Shown here: positions 8,738 through 16,745 of the stretch, piece after piece
Numbering within the stretch: position 1 is the stretch's first letter
Layout of the letters: every line of letters starts with the position of its first letter
NCBI GenBank assembly: GCA_041223665.1
Contig: JBCLQO010000009.1
Span: 61,595-85,594 of the forward strand
DNA: 24,000 nt
Direction: 5' to 3'
DNA from: Lachnospiraceae bacterium 46-15
GTDB taxonomy: Bacteria; Bacillota; Clostridia; Lachnospirales; Lachnospiraceae
Notes under the pieces: generated by a model
The model's input: only the letters and a program-made list of their open reading frames with translations
Told to the model about the DNA's origin: nothing
Databases searched by the model: none
Made by a program: the position numbers and the translations under genes

Positions 8738-8767
8738 TTGCAATAGATTATCGGCAAAAGATATGAT
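8738..8767 (+). promoter_or_regulatory. Weak promoter candidate for the two-gene defence cassette (TTGCAA-18 nt-TATGAT)
   Basis: TTGCAA at 8738-8743 and TATGAT at 8762-8767, inside a 300-bp A+T-rich intergenic region. Confidence 0.3.
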
Positions 8768-8832
8768 AAAATGACTTTAAGCTTTATTTAAAAACAAAGA
8801 AAATATTTTTTTGCTACAAACAAACGGAAAGG

Positions 8833-11532
8833 ATGATGAAGATGTCGGAGATTACAATTGTAAAAGGCGAAGAGTTTAAGATATCGGTAAAGAAAGAGAT
8901 TCAGGAAAATGATATTTTTATAAATGAATACAGGCGGGCTGCAGTTATGCTGAATGAGATTGCGGGGGTTTTGAAGGAGGCGAAAAAAGAAGAGGCAGTT
9001 TGTTTATGGAAAGAGAGCGATTTTGAAAATAATATTATTGCATTTTGCGGGGAGCGGGGCGAGGGGAAAAGCAGTGTGATGCTGACCTTCGCCAATGCGG
9101 TGTATGAGGATAAAAACAGGGAAAATGCTATTTTTTTGGAGTGTAAAAATTTAAAGAAGCTGCATTTTGCAGAGCCGATTTTGATAGATCCGTCTTTGTT
9201 TGATGATGTACATAATGTGCTGGATATTGTATTGGCGAAGCTTTTCCGGCGCTTTTGTGTATATTATGAAAATAACAACCAGAGTGTGGGCGAACAGGCA
9301 AGGGAGCGGCTGCTCAATCGATTTCAGACAGTTTACCGTTATGTTTCGCTGATTAATAACCAGAAACAAATGCTGGACGATGAGTTTGATTATGAAGGAA
9401 ATATCAGTAAATTGAAGAAGCTGGGAGAAAGCTCTGCGCTGAAAGAGGAATTGGAAAAACTGGTGAAAGAGTATCTGAAAGTTATGGGCGGATGTGAAAA
9501 AGAGAGCCAGCTTCTGCTTGCAATTGATGATTTGGATTTGTGCAGTGCAAACGCTTACAAAATGACGGAGCAGATTCGGAAATATTTAATCATTCCCCAT
9601 GTATTTATTGTTATAAGTGTGAAGATTGAGCAGCTGGAGCTGTGTATCCGGGAAAAGAATCTGAAAGATTTTCAGGAAATTTATAAAAATAAAGAAGAAA
9701 ATATATATGGGCAGTTAAACAGGGAAGTAGAGGTGATGGCTGAGCGGTATGTGGCAAAGCTGATTCCGAAGAAGAGGCGGATTTATCTTCCGAAGGTACA
9801 GAATTTTGAAGAAGTGCGTATTGTTTATAAAGAAACGCAGGAAGGGGAAAAGCTATGGGATTCTAATGAAAAGAAGGGCTTTATTTGTGCAGTGCTGGAT
9901 TTGATTTATGACAGGACAGGAATGCGCTTTTTGCCGGAAGAGGGCGGGAGCAGCTATCTGCTGCCAAACAACTTGAGAGATATGATTAGCTGGATGGCGG
10001 TAATTGCAGAAATGGAAAATCCGGAAGGCAAGGATGCTGTTTATCTCCAGAATATAAAGAAGTTTGAAAAATATTTTCAGGAATGGACAGAAGATAACCT
10101 AAAGCTATATGACGGACTGGATTTGCAGGATATAGGAAATATGAAGGCGTTTTATTTACATAGGGCGGCACGGTGCATACTGGAAGAAATACGCCAGGAT
10201 ATTGACAGGAAATTTGCGGAACAATCCGAATCATTTATAAAGAATCAGCCGGCTGGTTTTTCACAAATCATGAGTTGTCTTGAGAATTTAAAAAACAGGC
10301 TGGTGGACATGCATAAAGGGGCAGGTATCTGTCAGCTGCGCACGTTGTATACGATAAAGCTGAATAAATTTTTAAGGAGCAGCCGGGGGAATGAAATGGT
10401 AAGGTTTCTGGACGGATATATCTGGGGGAAAGGGTTTTCAGGTTTGATTCCTGCGTATGGGAACACAAAGATCGACCGCTCACGGTTTTCTATAGGAATG
10501 ATCAAGGCTTTTAATAAAATCTTGGAAAAAGTGGATAAAAATGCAGAAGGATTGGAGATTCCTGAGGACGTGAAACGGTATACGTTGTCCAATATTCCGG
10601 GACAGAATCGGGAGTCTTATATAAAAGCGTGGATGCTTCTGGGACTGCTCTCAAACCTGCAAAATGATAAAGGGGAACTCCAATGTTTGGCGGATGGCGC
10701 GCTTATATCGGGAAACAGGCAGCCGTCCAGCTATATTCAAATCAGCCTGGAAAATTATCTGGCAGGTTTATGCAGCCTGGAGTTCATGTATGAAAAGATG
10801 GGGATGAGGCTGCTTGGTATAGAGGATAAAGAATTTCAAGAGGTAACTGCGGTTTTAGCGGATAAAAATCAGGCGGGCATTCAATGCGCAAGAACAATTG
10901 CTTCAAATGTGGATGTGGCGCTGGGAGTCAGGGGCTACTGCATGAAAAACCGGAATTACAAGGAAAGGACAAAAGATGAAACAGAGCGCAGCTGGAGGCT
11001 GGCAGAACTTTTCTTTAAGAATGTGGCGGGCTATATGAAGCAGCAGGGAATGGAGTATAACCCACATGATTTGGATATTTTTTCGGTAGGTACAGAAGAG
11101 GAGGGAATTTGCATCAGTGAATTGTATGCGGAGCTTTTGGATTTGAGTATACAAGATATGGAGTTAAAGAACCAGCAGGAAAAAAGCGAGCAAATAGAGA
11201 AAGCCGTAGCAGAGTTTAGAAGGGATCTGGAGGAAATCCCAGAGAAGTGGAATCCGAAACCAGTCAATGTAGCTGGATGGATAAATAGCACAGTAGCAGA
11301 ATCGGTTAAGAGAAACTTGGAGAATCTGGCCCTTGATGTGAAGAATTACATGTGGGAACATAAAAGACAGCCAGAAGGCTTGGATGTGGAAGGGCTGTGC
11401 AAATTATACGAAAGTGTTATGCAGGGCTATCTGAAAGGGAAAAGGACAGAACTTCCAGAAGAAGTGAAAGAAGAGTATAAAAGGTTTGCAGCAGTTTTGA
11501 ACAGCATGAAAATAAAGACAGATGAGAATTAA
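8833..11532 (+). CDS. rdrA: Large P-loop NTPase with KAP-like Walker A/B spacing; RdrA-like component of a RADAR-type defence pair
   Basis: 899-aa ORF with three in-frame ATGs (8833, 8836, 8842). GGAAAGG at 8826-8832 favours 8842. Walker A is FCGERGEGKSSV (nt 9049-9075). Walker B is QLLLAIDDLDLC (nt 9511-9537), about 150 aa downstream, which is a KAP-type insertion. The remaining roughly 660 aa has no motif I recognise. The ORF is followed 26 nt later by a deaminase ORF. The CDS itself is near certain; the family call rests on architecture, not on a search. Confidence 0.65.
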   Translation: MMKMSEITIVKGEEFKISVKKEIQENDIFINEYRRAAVMLNEIAGVLKEAKKEEAVCLWKESDFENNIIAFCGERGEGKSSVMLTFANAVYEDKNRENAIFLECKNLKKLHFAEPILIDPSLFDDVHNVLDIVLAKLFRRFCVYYENNNQSVGEQARERLLNRFQTVYRYVSLINNQKQMLDDEFDYEGNISKLKKLGESSALKEELEKLVKEYLKVMGGCEKESQLLLAIDDLDLCSANAYKMTEQIRKYLIIPHVFIVISVKIEQLELCIREKNLKDFQEIYKNKEENIYGQLNREVEVMAERYVAKLIPKKRRIYLPKVQNFEEVRIVYKETQEGEKLWDSNEKKGFICAVLDLIYDRTGMRFLPEEGGSSYLLPNNLRDMISWMAVIAEMENPEGKDAVYLQNIKKFEKYFQEWTEDNLKLYDGLDLQDIGNMKAFYLHRAARCILEEIRQDIDRKFAEQSESFIKNQPAGFSQIMSCLENLKNRLVDMHKGAGICQLRTLYTIKLNKFLRSSRGNEMVRFLDGYIWGKGFSGLIPAYGNTKIDRSRFSIGMIKAFNKILEKVDKNAEGLEIPEDVKRYTLSNIPGQNRESYIKAWMLLGLLSNLQNDKGELQCLADGALISGNRQPSSYIQISLENYLAGLCSLEFMYEKMGMRLLGIEDKEFQEVTAVLADKNQAGIQCARTIASNVDVALGVRGYCMKNRNYKERTKDETERSWRLAELFFKNVAGYMKQQGMEYNPHDLDIFSVGTEEEGICISELYAELLDLSIQDMELKNQQEKSEQIEKAVAEFRRDLEEIPEKWNPKPVNVAGWINSTVAESVKRNLENLALDVKNYMWEHKRQPEGLDVEGLCKLYESVMQGYLKGKRTELPEEVKEEYKRFAAVLNSMKIKTDEN

Positions 11533-11558
11533 GACAGCGCACGAAAAGAGGAGCATAT

Positions 11559-14126
11559 ATGGATATCGAAAAAGGGAGCCTGGAGATATTATTTTTGAAA
11601 ATTCCATATAATAAAATTTCAGTCAGGCAATCCATAGGCGGGGGACGGCACGATTATGGGAAAGTTTCGGAAGAATTGTACATGCAGTATGCCCAAAGCG
11701 TTTTTCCGCGCTATTCTGAGGATGAGAGGCAGAATCACTACCTGAAATTAGTCCAGGATATGAAGCAAAATCCGGAAGGGCAGCCGAATGTTTTCCGGTT
11801 TATTATGGGAATTGCAAAGAGGCTGCTCATATATGACGGAAATGAGATTACATGCAAATTTGACGAAATGCTGCGGTGGCGGGAGATATCCTTTCAGTTG
11901 GGGCAGGACTTTTTCGCTTGCGCGTTTCTGGCAGCACATGATTTAGAGTGGGGGTATCAATGCAAAAGCTTTTCGTGGCAGCCAATTATACGCAGCGATG
12001 ACAGCCGGTTACATAATATTTTGGAACAGGGGCTGGCAGAGAACCATTTTCATCTGACAGGTTCTACGAAGGTGTTTGAACTGAACTGGATATGTGTGAT
12101 GAATTTGATTGACGGGAGATGGCATGATTTCAGGAAGATTCCCGGCGCTTTGCAGGTTCATCAGGCGGACAGGGTCAGGAGTGAAGGGAAGCAGGAGGGA
12201 TTTTATGCGGAATGCCAGAGAGCGGCGCTTTACCGGGTTTATTTGTTTGCAGTTCTGAAAGGAAATGAGGGCTTAAAGAAGGTAATTTCAAAAATCATGG
12301 AAAAGGCAGATAGCCATATTCCGATGGAGCTGCTGGTGGGGGAAATCCAGGATGCCATAGTTCTGGCAAAACATGTCTATGGCGCGCGGGTGGAGGACAG
12401 ATATATTTTGGATTATGCGTTTGAGAAAGATATGACAGATTGTAATCAGAGAGAGTATTATCTGCTGGCGGGTGAACGGAGGTTTTTGTATGAATGTTAT
12501 AAGGCGTGTGTTTCTGGGGATTTTGGCGCTTATGAAAAAAATCTGTTTTATGTTTATCTCTCTATCCGTACCCATTTCCGCGGGGAATTGATTCAGGTAA
12601 ACAGACAGGTAGGATTTGAGAATTTCAGCAAGTATCAGGACAGGAAGGAGATTTTTATTGAAGGGCAGAAGGAGTATGAGGATGAGCTGGTTCGGCTGGC
12701 TTTAAATGGAACGTTGAAATGCCAGAATATAGTTTCCCTGGAGGCGCGCATCTGTCCGAAGAAGAGCGCTTTAAAGTTGTATGGCGCCATTAAAAAGAAT
12801 CAGGCAATCGTGAAAGGGAATTCTGACAGAAGTAAGGAGGAGAAAAAACAGTCAGATGAAAAGCAAGCGAAAAAGATCATATATGTATTGCATTTTCCTA
12901 AGCAGAAAGACGAAAAGTTTTCCGTGGGTTTGCCGAGAAACCACAATGTGAGGATGGATACAAAAAGAAAAGCGAGGAGTATTGCGTCGCTGCTGGAAAA
13001 GGGAACAGAGGTAAATGGACAAATCCGGGGAATCGATACGTGTTCCAGTGAAATCCATTGCAGGCCGGAGGTATTTGCCCAGGCATTCCGGTATCTGTTG
13101 GATTTGGAGTTTTCGTGCAGGGAAGGAGTGCATAGGCGGCATGACAGGCATGGATGGAGAACGAAGCTGCACGCTACGTATCATGCAGGGGAAGATTTTT
13201 TGGATATTGCGGACGGGCTGCGGGCGATAGATGAAACCCTGTTGTTTTGCGGTTTAAAAAGGGGAAGCAGGATTGGGCACGGTCTTGCCATGGGAATAAA
13301 TCCGGATGAGTACTATAAATATAAAGGGTATAAGCTGGTCATGCCAAAACAGCTTTTACTGGATGACATTGCCTGGCTGTTAAGTAAAGCGGAAGAGACG
13401 GGCTGTGTCATAGAGAACCGACTGAAGGCAGAGCTTAAAGAAAGATATTGCAGTTTGTATGATGAGATTTACCGGGAACATGTGAGAGGAAAGTTTAAGG
13501 CGTCGGTGGCGGAATATTATCAGAGCTGGAAACTCAGAGGGGATAATCCGCAGGTATATCGGCTGGAGGAACGGGAATTTCTGAAAAGGCTAGAACAAAC
13601 GCCGCTGCTCAGATTTGACAGATATGAGTTCAATGACAGGGTTAGTAACCATATCAGAAAAATAGAATCCTGCAGGGAACTGTATTTTGCCTATCATTAC
13701 CATCAGAAGGTGCGGGAGATTGGAGATGAGAGGATAGAATTAAAGGTAGACCAGCGGTATGAGGCGCTTATATGTCAGATCCAGGATAAAATGATTCAGC
13801 AATTGGTACACAGAGGGATTGGAATCGAAACAAACCCTTCATCAAACTATTTGATAGGAACTATCACAAAATATGAGGAACATCCAATCCTGCGGTTTAA
13901 TTCAAGAAAGCTGAAGCCAGTTCAGCCGAATATGTCCCTGAACGTATCAATTAATACAGACGACCAGGGAGTATTTGACACTTCGCTGGAAAATGAATAT
14001 GCGCTTATGGCGCTGGCATTGAGAAAGGCAAAGGATAAGGACTGTCGGCCGCTGTATGATATTGAGGATATTTATGAATGGATAGATTATGTCCGCAAGA
14101 TGGGATTGGAGCAGATTTTTTCATAA
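11559..14126 (+). CDS. rdrB: Divergent, enlarged adenosine/AMP-deaminase-fold protein; RdrB-like component of a RADAR-type defence pair
   Basis: 855-aa ORF with SD AGAGGAG (11547-11553) 5 nt before ATG 11559. The full amidohydrolase/ADA motif set is present in canonical order: ENHFHLTGS (H163/H165, nt 12045-12053), TYHAGEDF (H542-E545, nt 13182-13193), SRIGHGLAMG (H574), IETNPSSN (aa 756-763) and SINTDDQGVFD (D801/D802, nt 13959-13964). Confidence 0.72.
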   Translation: MDIEKGSLEILFLKIPYNKISVRQSIGGGRHDYGKVSEELYMQYAQSVFPRYSEDERQNHYLKLVQDMKQNPEGQPNVFRFIMGIAKRLLIYDGNEITCKFDEMLRWREISFQLGQDFFACAFLAAHDLEWGYQCKSFSWQPIIRSDDSRLHNILEQGLAENHFHLTGSTKVFELNWICVMNLIDGRWHDFRKIPGALQVHQADRVRSEGKQEGFYAECQRAALYRVYLFAVLKGNEGLKKVISKIMEKADSHIPMELLVGEIQDAIVLAKHVYGARVEDRYILDYAFEKDMTDCNQREYYLLAGERRFLYECYKACVSGDFGAYEKNLFYVYLSIRTHFRGELIQVNRQVGFENFSKYQDRKEIFIEGQKEYEDELVRLALNGTLKCQNIVSLEARICPKKSALKLYGAIKKNQAIVKGNSDRSKEEKKQSDEKQAKKIIYVLHFPKQKDEKFSVGLPRNHNVRMDTKRKARSIASLLEKGTEVNGQIRGIDTCSSEIHCRPEVFAQAFRYLLDLEFSCREGVHRRHDRHGWRTKLHATYHAGEDFLDIADGLRAIDETLLFCGLKRGSRIGHGLAMGINPDEYYKYKGYKLVMPKQLLLDDIAWLLSKAEETGCVIENRLKAELKERYCSLYDEIYREHVRGKFKASVAEYYQSWKLRGDNPQVYRLEEREFLKRLEQTPLLRFDRYEFNDRVSNHIRKIESCRELYFAYHYHQKVREIGDERIELKVDQRYEALICQIQDKMIQQLVHRGIGIETNPSSNYLIGTITKYEEHPILRFNSRKLKPVQPNMSLNVSINTDDQGVFDTSLENEYALMALALRKAKDKDCRPLYDIEDIYEWIDYVRKMGLEQIFS

Positions 14127-14131
14127 AAGTT

Positions 14132-14169
14132 CCCCTGTATTTTCACCATATAAGGAGAAAATACAGGGG
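14132..14169. terminator. Shared hairpin terminator between convergent rdrB-like and vanZ-like genes
   Basis: Perfect 12-bp stem CCCCTGTATTTT (14132-14143) / AAAATACAGGGG (14158-14169) with a 14-nt loop. It fills most of the 49-nt gap between the two stop codons. Confidence 0.55.
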
Positions 14170-14175
14170 ATTATT

Positions 14176-15207
14176 CTACATATCAAAAAACCAGTCTTTT
14201 TCTCTTTTGGCCCGCCTGCGCCTTTTAGGGGGGACCGCCTGCGGCGGCTGTGAAGGGCGCGGCGGCTGCTCATCGATTCCCCAGTCATTTGCCCTCGCGG
14301 GGTCTTGCCAGTCAGGGGAATAGGTTTCATCACGGGGGCTGTCGATGTCGATAGCTTCCTCGTCAAGCCATTCCTCTTCCGGTTCCTGATAAGACCGTTC
14401 CGGCCGCTGCCAGTAATCATCCTGTGTACCACGTGAAGGGGGCGGATAGCTGCTTTGCTGTTGGCGGGGTGGTTCGTAATAGCTGCCTTGCGGGGGATAG
14501 GGCGGTTCACGATAGCTGCCCTGCGGCGCATAAGGTGGTTCATGATAGCTGCCTTGCGGCGGATAAGGCGGCTGCCGATATCCTTCCGGTTCCCGGTAAG
14601 GGGGCGCCGGATATCCTTCCCGGCTGTAAGGCTGACGCGGATACGGTACATCGGAATATTCGCCGTCATAGCCGGTTGTATCTTTGAACCGCTGTTTCTT
14701 TCCGCGCATTTTCCGGTTCCTTTTCGGACGGAAAATGGTTTTTCGTCCCGTCCACCCGATAATGCGTACCAGAAGAATTCCAAAGAAGATTCCTACGCTG
14801 TCGATGCATACATCCTTTGCAGAAGGGCTGCGCCCCGCAACCAGGGACTGGTGATATTCATCCCCGCAGGCAAAAGCCACGCAGATGAAACCCGCCGTCA
14901 GCATCAGCAGAAAACCATGGAGGCCGTATACATATAGTGGAAAAGCCACAGCCACGGCAAGGGCGAAATATTCAGCCATATGTGCCAGTTTCCGTGTGAT
15001 AAAATGGATTTTATCTGCCCACTCTGCTATCTGCCATTCTTCGAGGTTTGCGTCGAAAATGTAGTCGGCCGCCTCTATGATTTTACAGCTGGCTTTGTAG
15101 CTCATCTGTGAGGAAACCTCCCCCGGCTGGGCAGAAAAGGAGAAAATCATATACATAAGCAGCAGTGCCGGGAGAAACGACAATGGCTTTAATAAACTTC
15201 GAATCAT
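14176..15207 (-). CDS. VanZ-like membrane protein with a Pro/Tyr/Gln-rich repetitive cytoplasmic tail
   Basis: ORF 14176..15246. The preferred start is ATG 15207, which lies 8 nt after AAGGAGG. The N-terminal half has VanZ-like motifs (ITRKLAHMAEYFALAVAVAF; CGDEYHQSLVAGRSPSAKDVCIDSVGIFFGILLV). The C-terminal half is low complexity with PPYxPQGSYxE repeats and an acidic, Trp-containing end. Confidence 0.75.
   Translation of the reverse strand: MIRSLLKPLSFLPALLLMYMIFSFSAQPGEVSSQMSYKASCKIIEAADYIFDANLEEWQIAEWADKIHFITRKLAHMAEYFALAVAVAFPLYVYGLHGFLLMLTAGFICVAFACGDEYHQSLVAGRSPSAKDVCIDSVGIFFGILLVRIIGWTGRKTIFRPKRNRKMRGKKQRFKDTTGYDGEYSDVPYPRQPYSREGYPAPPYREPEGYRQPPYPPQGSYHEPPYAPQGSYREPPYPPQGSYYEPPRQQQSSYPPPSRGTQDDYWQRPERSYQEPEEEWLDEEAIDIDSPRDETYSPDWQDPARANDWGIDEQPPRPSQPPQAVPPKRRRRAKREKDWFFDM
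14471..14569. repeat. 3 x 33-bp in-frame tandem repeat inside the vanZ-like gene, with degenerate copies flanking at about 14441-14600
   Basis: Units 14471-14503, 14504-14536 and 14537-14569 (ggttcRYRatagctgccYtgcggSNNataRggY). They encode EPPYPPQGSYY / REPPYAPQGSY / HEPPYPPQGSY-type 11-aa repeats on the minus strand. The repeats also explain the pile-up of spurious ORFs here. Confidence 0.8.
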
Positions 15208-15249
15208 AAAATTTGTACCTCCTTTTAAGAAAGTGTCCAGGGTCAACCT

Positions 15250-15278
15250 ATCATAACACCTTGGAGGTCTGCTGTCCA
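15250..15278 (-). promoter_or_regulatory. Possible internal promoter for the vanZ-like gene (TGGACA-17 nt-TATGAT on the minus strand)
   Basis: On the plus strand, TGTCCA at 15273-15278 and ATCATA at 15250-15255. I saw no terminator in the 78-nt mgtE-vanZ gap, so read-through from mgtE is equally possible. Confidence 0.3.
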
Positions 15279-15285
15279 GAGGCGT

Positions 15286-16644
15286 TTAACCCAATCCCAG
15301 CAGCCGTGTGGCAAACTGGAAGTAAACCAGCAGTGAGATAGCATCTACAATCGTGGTGATAAACGGGCTTGCCATAACAGCCGGGTCGAATCCGAGCCGG
15401 GATGCAATCAGCGGCAGGGTACAGCCTACAACCTTCGCGCAGAAGATGGTGACAAACAGCGTCAGGCAGATGGTGAATGCCACCAGTATCGTTAGATGGT
15501 CGACGAGCAGCAGTTTTCCGAAATTGCACACGGCCAGGGTAAGCCCGCAGAGTAAGGCTACACGGACTTCTTTCCAGATGACACGGAAAATATCACGGAA
15601 CTCTACTTCTTTCAAAGAAATTCCGCGGATGACGGTTACGGACGCCTGGCTTCCTGAGTTTCCTCCGGTATCCATCAGCATAGGGATGTAGGCGGTCAGG
15701 ACGACATATTTTGACAGGGCGTCTTCGAAGCTGGTAATGATAAATCCGGTAAAAGTCGCGGAAATCATCAGGAGCAGCAGCCAGGGCATACGGCTTTTCC
15801 AGAGATCGAAGGTGGTCTGTTTCAGGTAGGGTTTGTCTGCCGGAACGATAGCAGCCATCTTTTCAATATCTTCCGTGGTTTCCTCTTCCATGACCTCCAG
15901 CACGTCATCAATGGTGACAATGCCCACCAGACGTTCTTCACGGTCAACCACGGGCATAGCCAGGAATCCGTATTTGGAGAACTGCCGGGCAACGGTTTCC
16001 TGATCCTCCAGGGTAGATACGGAAATGATGTTTTCTTCCATCAAATCTTCCATGGTTTCGTCAGAACCTGCCATAATCAAATCGCGGATAGTCACGACGC
16101 CCATCAGCTGCCTGCCTTTTGCGCAGACATAGCAGTTGTTAATCGTTTCTTTATTAATACCGCTGCGGCGGAGATGCAGGATAGCTTCTTCAGCTGTCAT
16201 TTTTGGGCGCAGCTCTACAAACTCTGTGGTCATGATGCTGCCGGCGGAGTCGTCAGGGTACTGCAGGATGGTATTAATCATTTTACGCTTTTCAGCGTCT
16301 GCCTGGATAAGAATACGCTTTACCACATTAGCAGGCATTTCTTCCACAAGGTCAACGGCATCATCCACGTAGAGTTCATCTACGACTTCTTTCAGCTCGT
16401 TATCGGAGAACCCTTTAATCAGCATATGCTGTGTGTCGGGCTCCATTTCAACAAAAGTATCGGCGGCCAGCTCTTTAGGGAGCAGGCGGTACAGAAGAGG
16501 AACAGTTTCCTCGGGAATATCTTCAAACAGAGAAGCCACATCGGCGGCGTTCATTGTGGTGAGGATATCACGGAGCGTTGCGTACTTTTTCTCCTCTGCC
16601 AGCGATTTGATACTTTTTTTCAGGGTTTCAAAAGCATCGGTCAT
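15286..16644 (-). CDS. mgtE: Magnesium transporter MgtE
   Basis: 452 aa with the MgtE N-domain, tandem CBS region (VVTIRDLI..., VGIVTIDDVLEVMEEE) and C-terminal TM domain (MDTGGNSGSQ, PFITTIVD). SD AGGAGGAA lies 6 nt before the ATG. An M-box riboswitch lies upstream. Confidence 0.95.
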   Translation of the reverse strand: MTDAFETLKKSIKSLAEEKKYATLRDILTTMNAADVASLFEDIPEETVPLLYRLLPKELAADTFVEMEPDTQHMLIKGFSDNELKEVVDELYVDDAVDLVEEMPANVVKRILIQADAEKRKMINTILQYPDDSAGSIMTTEFVELRPKMTAEEAILHLRRSGINKETINNCYVCAKGRQLMGVVTIRDLIMAGSDETMEDLMEENIISVSTLEDQETVARQFSKYGFLAMPVVDREERLVGIVTIDDVLEVMEEETTEDIEKMAAIVPADKPYLKQTTFDLWKSRMPWLLLLMISATFTGFIITSFEDALSKYVVLTAYIPMLMDTGGNSGSQASVTVIRGISLKEVEFRDIFRVIWKEVRVALLCGLTLAVCNFGKLLLVDHLTILVAFTICLTLFVTIFCAKVVGCTLPLIASRLGFDPAVMASPFITTIVDAISLLVYFQFATRLLGLG

Positions 16645-16745
16645 TGGTCTTTCCTCCTATTTACATTTTCTGCATATACTTCACCGGAAAAACGGAAAAG
16701 TACAGATAGTGAGTAAAGACACAACAAAAGAACCGTATAGAGAAA

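Noticed and set aside
8901-14126. Numerous 60-115-aa minus-strand and alternative-frame ORFs inside the two large defence genes (e.g. 9986..10234, 10903..11154, 12852..13184, 13015..13230)
   Set aside because: All are nested within long uninterrupted ORFs that carry coherent catalytic motifs. A+T-rich coding DNA also generates such antisense frames by chance.
14121-14937. ORFs 14121..14783 (-), 14424..14687 (+) and 14455..14937 (+) overlapping the vanZ-like tail
   Set aside because: These are artefacts of the GC-rich 33-bp tandem repeat, which stays open in several frames. Only the 14176..15207 frame continues into a recognisable VanZ domain with a good SD.
14176-15207. The vanZ-like membrane protein as a RADAR accessory (RdrC/RdrD-like membrane effector)
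   Set aside because: It is on the opposite strand, convergent with the deaminase gene, and co-oriented with and directly downstream of mgtE. It therefore most likely belongs to the host flank rather than to the defence cassette.
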